A stretch of 64,000 bases of DNA, from NCBI GenBank assembly GCA_023334545.1, contig JAADVB010000061.1:1-64000 (forward strand), written 5' to 3'. The stretch is from Salisapilia sapeloensis CBS 127946. Lineage: Eukaryota; Protista; Oomycota. Of the stretch, positions 59,670 to 64,000 are shown in pieces. The notes under the pieces were generated by a model. That model was not told the DNA's origin and did no database searches. It saw only the letters and a program-made list of their open reading frames with translations. How positions within the stretch are numbered: position 1 is the first letter of the stretch; every line of letters begins with the position of its first letter. The position numbers and the translations under genes were made by a program.

Positions 59670-59858
59670 AATGCGTCTGTGTCAAAGCGTGAGAAAGGAG
59701 GAATGAAAACAACGAAGCGATTCCGTGGCGAAATTATCATGTTGAAGTTCCAATGGGACATGTACGGATCCCGATCTTTACTCCATACAAAGTCGTAGAC
59801 AAAATTCTGTAACGGTAGACACGGCGTATCATGAAAAGTTGTACGTGTGGGTTTCAGC

Positions 59859-60637
59859 ATGCAGCCAACACGGTCCCACGTCCATCAAAAGGAAGTGAAT
59901 GATAAGCGGTGGAGAAAAGTTTTCGAATACTTGTGCCAGCGAGAAGTGAAAGCAAAGCTTGCACGGTTGCATGAGAAACAGCGCGTCTTCAACGCTGATC
60001 TGAAGGAGTCGGCGGTCGCGTCGACTCAAGAGGCGCAGAAGGTTGCACGCAGAGTCGATGAACTTCAGGAGAAACTAGACAAGAGTATATGTGCTGACAC
60101 ATGCATCACCATTCCAGATCTGTGGATTACTGGCGGCAAAAAACATTGGTCCAAAGTATCGTTCTTGTGTTTCTATCCATGCAATTTTTAAAATGTACCC
60201 GACACGTGTAGAATCAAGTCCAGTGGATGGTGTGGGAAGCAGATGAGGACGCCGATGGCCGGATCGGGTGGGAGGATTTTAAGCTGGCGGTTATGCGCTG
60301 CGAAGCCGACAAACAGCACCTCGAACCGCGTCTACTCTACCACTTTGTCCTATTCCTACTATGCGATTTTGAACACAATTCAGCTGTGCCATGTCTGTGT
60401 ACTATCATATCCACTTTAGAGGACACAACGATTTAACGTAAATCTTTTGTGACAGTATCCGACTTGAGTGCAGAGTTACGCTGCCATCCTGGAACGGAGA
60501 ACATTGCAGACAAGATCGATAAAATATTAAAAGATGAGAAAAAAGCGGGCATTGATGTGCACCTACTGACTGTCGATAGCTACCTCCAGCTCATTTACGC
60601 CGATCTCCCCGCAACCTTCACGTCCGCTCTGTCCTGA
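59859..60637 (+). CDS. EF-hand domain protein with N-terminal coiled coil
   Basis: Exons ~59859-60155, 60212-60392, 60456-60637; EF loop WEADEDADGRIGWEDF. The last splice junction is tentative. Confidence 0.6.
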
Positions 60638-60791
60638 TATAATACACAAACTTTACCGTCAATTCCACTATAGCCGTAGTAGAGCTTGAACAGATGCTGT
60701 CACTTCAACGTCCAATGCACGCCAATGGAACTTGTATTCGTTACGAGAGCTTTATTGATGTATCTAGACGATCAACTACTTGACTAGATTG

Positions 60792-61598
60792 TCATCCAAA
60801 CATTTCTATGAGCCGACGGAAGGCTTCGTCTTCATCAAAGTGGTGTTGACGCAACTCTTGGCATGCAGCAGCGCAGACTGTGATGTCCATGTTGCGTGTT
60901 TCGTTATATGTCGAGAATGCCAATAGCACACGTAGTAGCGTGTCTTGATGACGTGGAGATTGGAAGTCGGTAGATACTTGGCGAAGTCCTTCCAAGCGCT
61001 CAAATAGAGCTCGTACATTTTCAGCTCGTGGACACCTGTCACAAAAACAGAGGTAGTGCTGCAGATGAGGCGACTGAGAACCTTTGAACAGACGCAAGTC
61101 ATGGGTTTTCTCCATTTAGATGGCAGTTCTTTGTAAACATTTGTTCGTATTGAATACCTGTCTCTATTGGATCGGAACGAGGTGGCTGTGTCTCTGCTAG
61201 TGGAAGAGAGTTGACTGATTCTTCGGATGCTTGAGGCGTTCCATAAAAGCATAATGTAGCAGTGAAAACTTGAGCATCACAAGACAGGTGCAATAAATAG
61301 AAAGATATACCTGGTGATGAACCTATCTCGACGTAGCTAGCAGTATACGGACTTTTCGGTTGCTCCATCCAATCCAGACCTGCCTGTTCCTCGACACTCT
61401 GCGTCGCTAGACCTTTACCACTCGTCTGTGTCTGAGCTACTTGCATCATGATAGCTTGCTCTTCTTCATGCTCTCGCGTTCCTAAACAGAAATGTCGACG
61501 ACGAGGCAGATACTCTAACCGTTAATGCCATCAGTCGAACAAGGCACTTGGTAGTACACGATAAACGTACTGCGGCAACAGCAAACTTTCGCTCCCAT
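60792..61598 (-). CDS. Small putatively acylated protein with a partial TBC/RabGAP-like segment
   Basis: Tentative exons 61598-61571, 61481-61158, 61081-60792; N-terminus MGAKVCCC; C-terminal FQSPRHQDTLLRVLLAFSTYN...DEDEAFRRL. Confidence 0.45.
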
Positions 61599-61777
61599 CC
61601 TGTTCTTCTCACTACTTACTGTCGATGCAAAGTCTTTGAATGAAAGGATATAATCTTTGAGTGATCTCGATGTCCGCGAGGCCTGTCCGAGGAGGACAGC
61701 TAGCCCTCCTCTTGAAGTTCATTATCAGACGGTACACTATCGGTACTTTGGACAAGAACGACACCAATAATCCTACC

Positions 61778-62731
61778 ATGAACAGCGGCGCGCCGGCCAT
61801 CCCTCGCGAGAGCCTTAATGAAGACGTCAGTCGTCTACAGACTGTATGGTCAAACGAAATGGTATTTTCGCTTCCATCTATCATATACACACACCATAAT
61901 TTTAAATCTATGCGTCTCTAGAGTGCGCCAGAGCTCCTGCCATACGACGATGACATTGTGTCCGAGATGCTAGAACAGCTCAGGAATCAAGTAATTCTAC
62001 ATTCATACATTACTATACAACCACCAATAATGAATTGCATGTACTAGCAAGAGTACGTCGATTCGGTGAACGAAGACAAGACTCAATTGACCGATGAGTT
62101 AGCTTTTATCAACAAACTCTACCAGGTATCCTCCATTCCTTGTATCTCTCTATATCCATCTAACAGCTCTAGTAGATGGAAATCGACCGCCTACGCTACA
62201 TGGTCACATCCTACCTGCGTCTTCGACTACGCAAGGTACATACATCTATTCCATTTCATCATCCTCCACTCACCTATAGTAGATTGAAAACCATGCAACC
62301 TACCTCTTATCCTCTCCTGAACAGACACAACGTCTATCTCCCAAAGAACAAGATTTTGCTACACAGTACTTCTCCAACTTAAAAACATGTATACCCGATC
62401 TAAACCCTGCTACTAGATTCGTCAACCTCGTCACATCCCACGTGAACGACTTGGCTGTGGGCAAAATGGCACCGGAGCATCAATCGTTAACTGCTGACGG
62501 CATGGGTACATTTTCCTATTCTTTACGTTTTACACACGAATTAACATGCACGTAGTCCAAGAGCCAAACATCGATCATTTCGTCTTTTGTCAAAGTCATC
62601 AGAATCTCGGAGATCTCGTGATTGACGATCGAGGCGCAGAGTCGATCGATTTCCAAGACAATGATCGACATGTCATTCGTTATCGTACGATCCAGAACTA
62701 CGTTTTGAATCACCAAATGACACTTTTATAA
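61778..62731 (+). CDS. GINS4: GINS complex subunit Sld5, seven exons
   Basis: Exons 61778-61861, 61922-61990, 62048-62125, 62176-62235, 62283-62365, 62417-62505, 62556-62731; WSNEMSAPELLPY, MEIDRLRYMVTSYLRLRLRKIE, EPNIDHFVFC. Confidence 0.94.
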
Positions 62732-62795
62732 TCCGAAAGTATTCATTTCAATTGCACTTTTTGAATTAATTTATCGAAAATGGAGCGAATACGAA

Positions 62796-63401
62796 TTACC
62801 ATAATGGATTCGTTAAGGCAGAAGTCGCGGAAAAGACGACACCAAAGGATCCTGGCTGCATGCATAGAAGTAAGAAGAGATAGTTACAGATATAGAGGGA
62901 AAGGAGGACGTACGATGAGTAGCAAGAGATGAGTGAATAGGAAGATGATTTGGAGACTCTGGTAGGACGTGATATGGACTTCTGGATGTATGAATCGATG
63001 GTAAAAGTACATGGCTAATAAAACGTTCCGACCGAATTCAACTGTGCACACGACCAAGTACTAGGCAATACGTTAGCTGCAATAGATAAACTTGGCAATA
63101 TAAGTCGTCCTACCACAATGGTCCATCCCATTCGTTCCGATCGCACGGCGAGTAAGCCGGTGATACCAGCAAAGATGGCAAAGGCGTTCGTGAGCCATAA
63201 AAAGTTAAAGCAGGAGAGAATGCCGACGAAGATTTGAGCCATCGCGAGGTACCACAGTCGCTCGGATCGACGAGCCGTGGCTTCCCACACGTGCTTTTGC
63301 TGTTCAAAGCCACCGTAGTGTTGTTTCAAGTAGGTTTGCGACCCCAAGGCAGACCTCGGTCGCCCGCCTTCTAACTCAGCCATTTGATACTTACGGTCCA
63401 T
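62796..63401 (-). CDS. Small (~164 aa) multi-pass membrane protein, unknown function
   Basis: Exons 63401-63114, 63060-62914, 62855-62796 all join in phase 0 at GT-AG; about 4 hydrophobic helices. Confidence 0.65.
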
Positions 63402-64000
63402 CTCGTGCCGGTGAAATGGTCGGGTGGACTCAGTGGTACGATGGAGAATATCTTTTGCGGCCAAGACGTCGCAGACAAGACGCGTACGCAAGTGAAACAG
63501 TAGGAAAAAAACTGATGGGAATGGAAGAGGAAGGCTATGTTCTACCAGACAAACGAGGGAGATTTGTAAGCGGAAGCCGGAGGATGCGTAGTGAAAGGGA
63601 ATTTGCAGCCACTGTTGACTGACTTCATGGAAGTATAAGGACGGATGCTACTGGTTGGTGATGAGCTAGGGTATTAGGCTGTGCTTCGAGACATGGAGAT
63701 GTCACAAGGCGAAGGGATAGTTAGAGTTGAGCTTTTACGATGTAATGGAGATCGTAGCGTTAGTTTATAGATATGTTCTGCTTGGTTGTGGTGACTGGAA
63801 GATGGGTTGGATGGATTTGGGAGAGAATGTATTACGTATTGGTATCATGCATGTAGGAGTGGAATGATATTGTTGTAGTCTGACAAGTACGTACGTTGAA
63901 TCTACAGTTTACGATCCTTCTGTACTCAGTTGAAGCTACCTGGATTCGGAATGTCTTCTACGTCCTGATATAGACGTAATTGTCGATCAAGCAGACATTT

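Noticed and set aside
60434-60436. Single in-frame TAA between ORFs 60227-60436 and 60449-60637 (possible read-through or pseudogene)
   Set aside because: A 63-nt intron (60393-60455) with a TTTAAC branch-like site removes it; splicing is the simpler explanation.
63500-64000. Minus-strand frame ending ...LYQDVEDIPNPGSFN* at the window edge
   Set aside because: Only ~24 codons are visible; may be the tail of a gene outside the window but is unidentifiable.

Overview
Very gene-dense eukaryotic nuclear DNA: about 42 protein-coding genes in 64 kb, many short (~50-65 nt) GT-AG introns, and frequent head-to-head or tail-to-tail gene pairs. An oomycete-like stramenopile is inferred from INR+FPR-like core promoters (GCTCACTTTnnnATTT), oomycete-style PX and FYVE proteins, and the flagellar assembly gene DNAAF11. 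Most genes are housekeeping: NDK, SART1, PAM16, IDI, phosphate carrier, kish, two LYR proteins, RECQL4, ADSS, TBCA, ADK, HACD, nicastrin, ISCU, TRAPPC5, gamma-tubulin, ferrochelatase, an APC permease, DNAAF11, sideroflexin, PIG-L, RPB7, RPN3, NDUFA13, BRF1, TIM50, a cyclin and GINS4. A ~3.3 kb island with no recognisable protein gene (49.0-52.4 kb) holds two identical tRNA-Val(AAC) genes with a diverged ~550 bp fold-back almost exactly midway between them. Best leads: (1) a SPE-39/VIPAS39 (VPS16B)-like protein with a PH domain inserted in its middle; (2) a FYVE-TM-GLTP/CPTP fusion; (3) the tRNA-flanked inverted repeat; (4) a Kelch/Ig-like/TM/poly-Lys receptor-like protein; (5) atypical targeting signals on ADSS, IDI and ferrochelatase. 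All family assignments come from motif recognition by eye; no database search was run. No CRISPR array, rRNA or intact transposase was seen.
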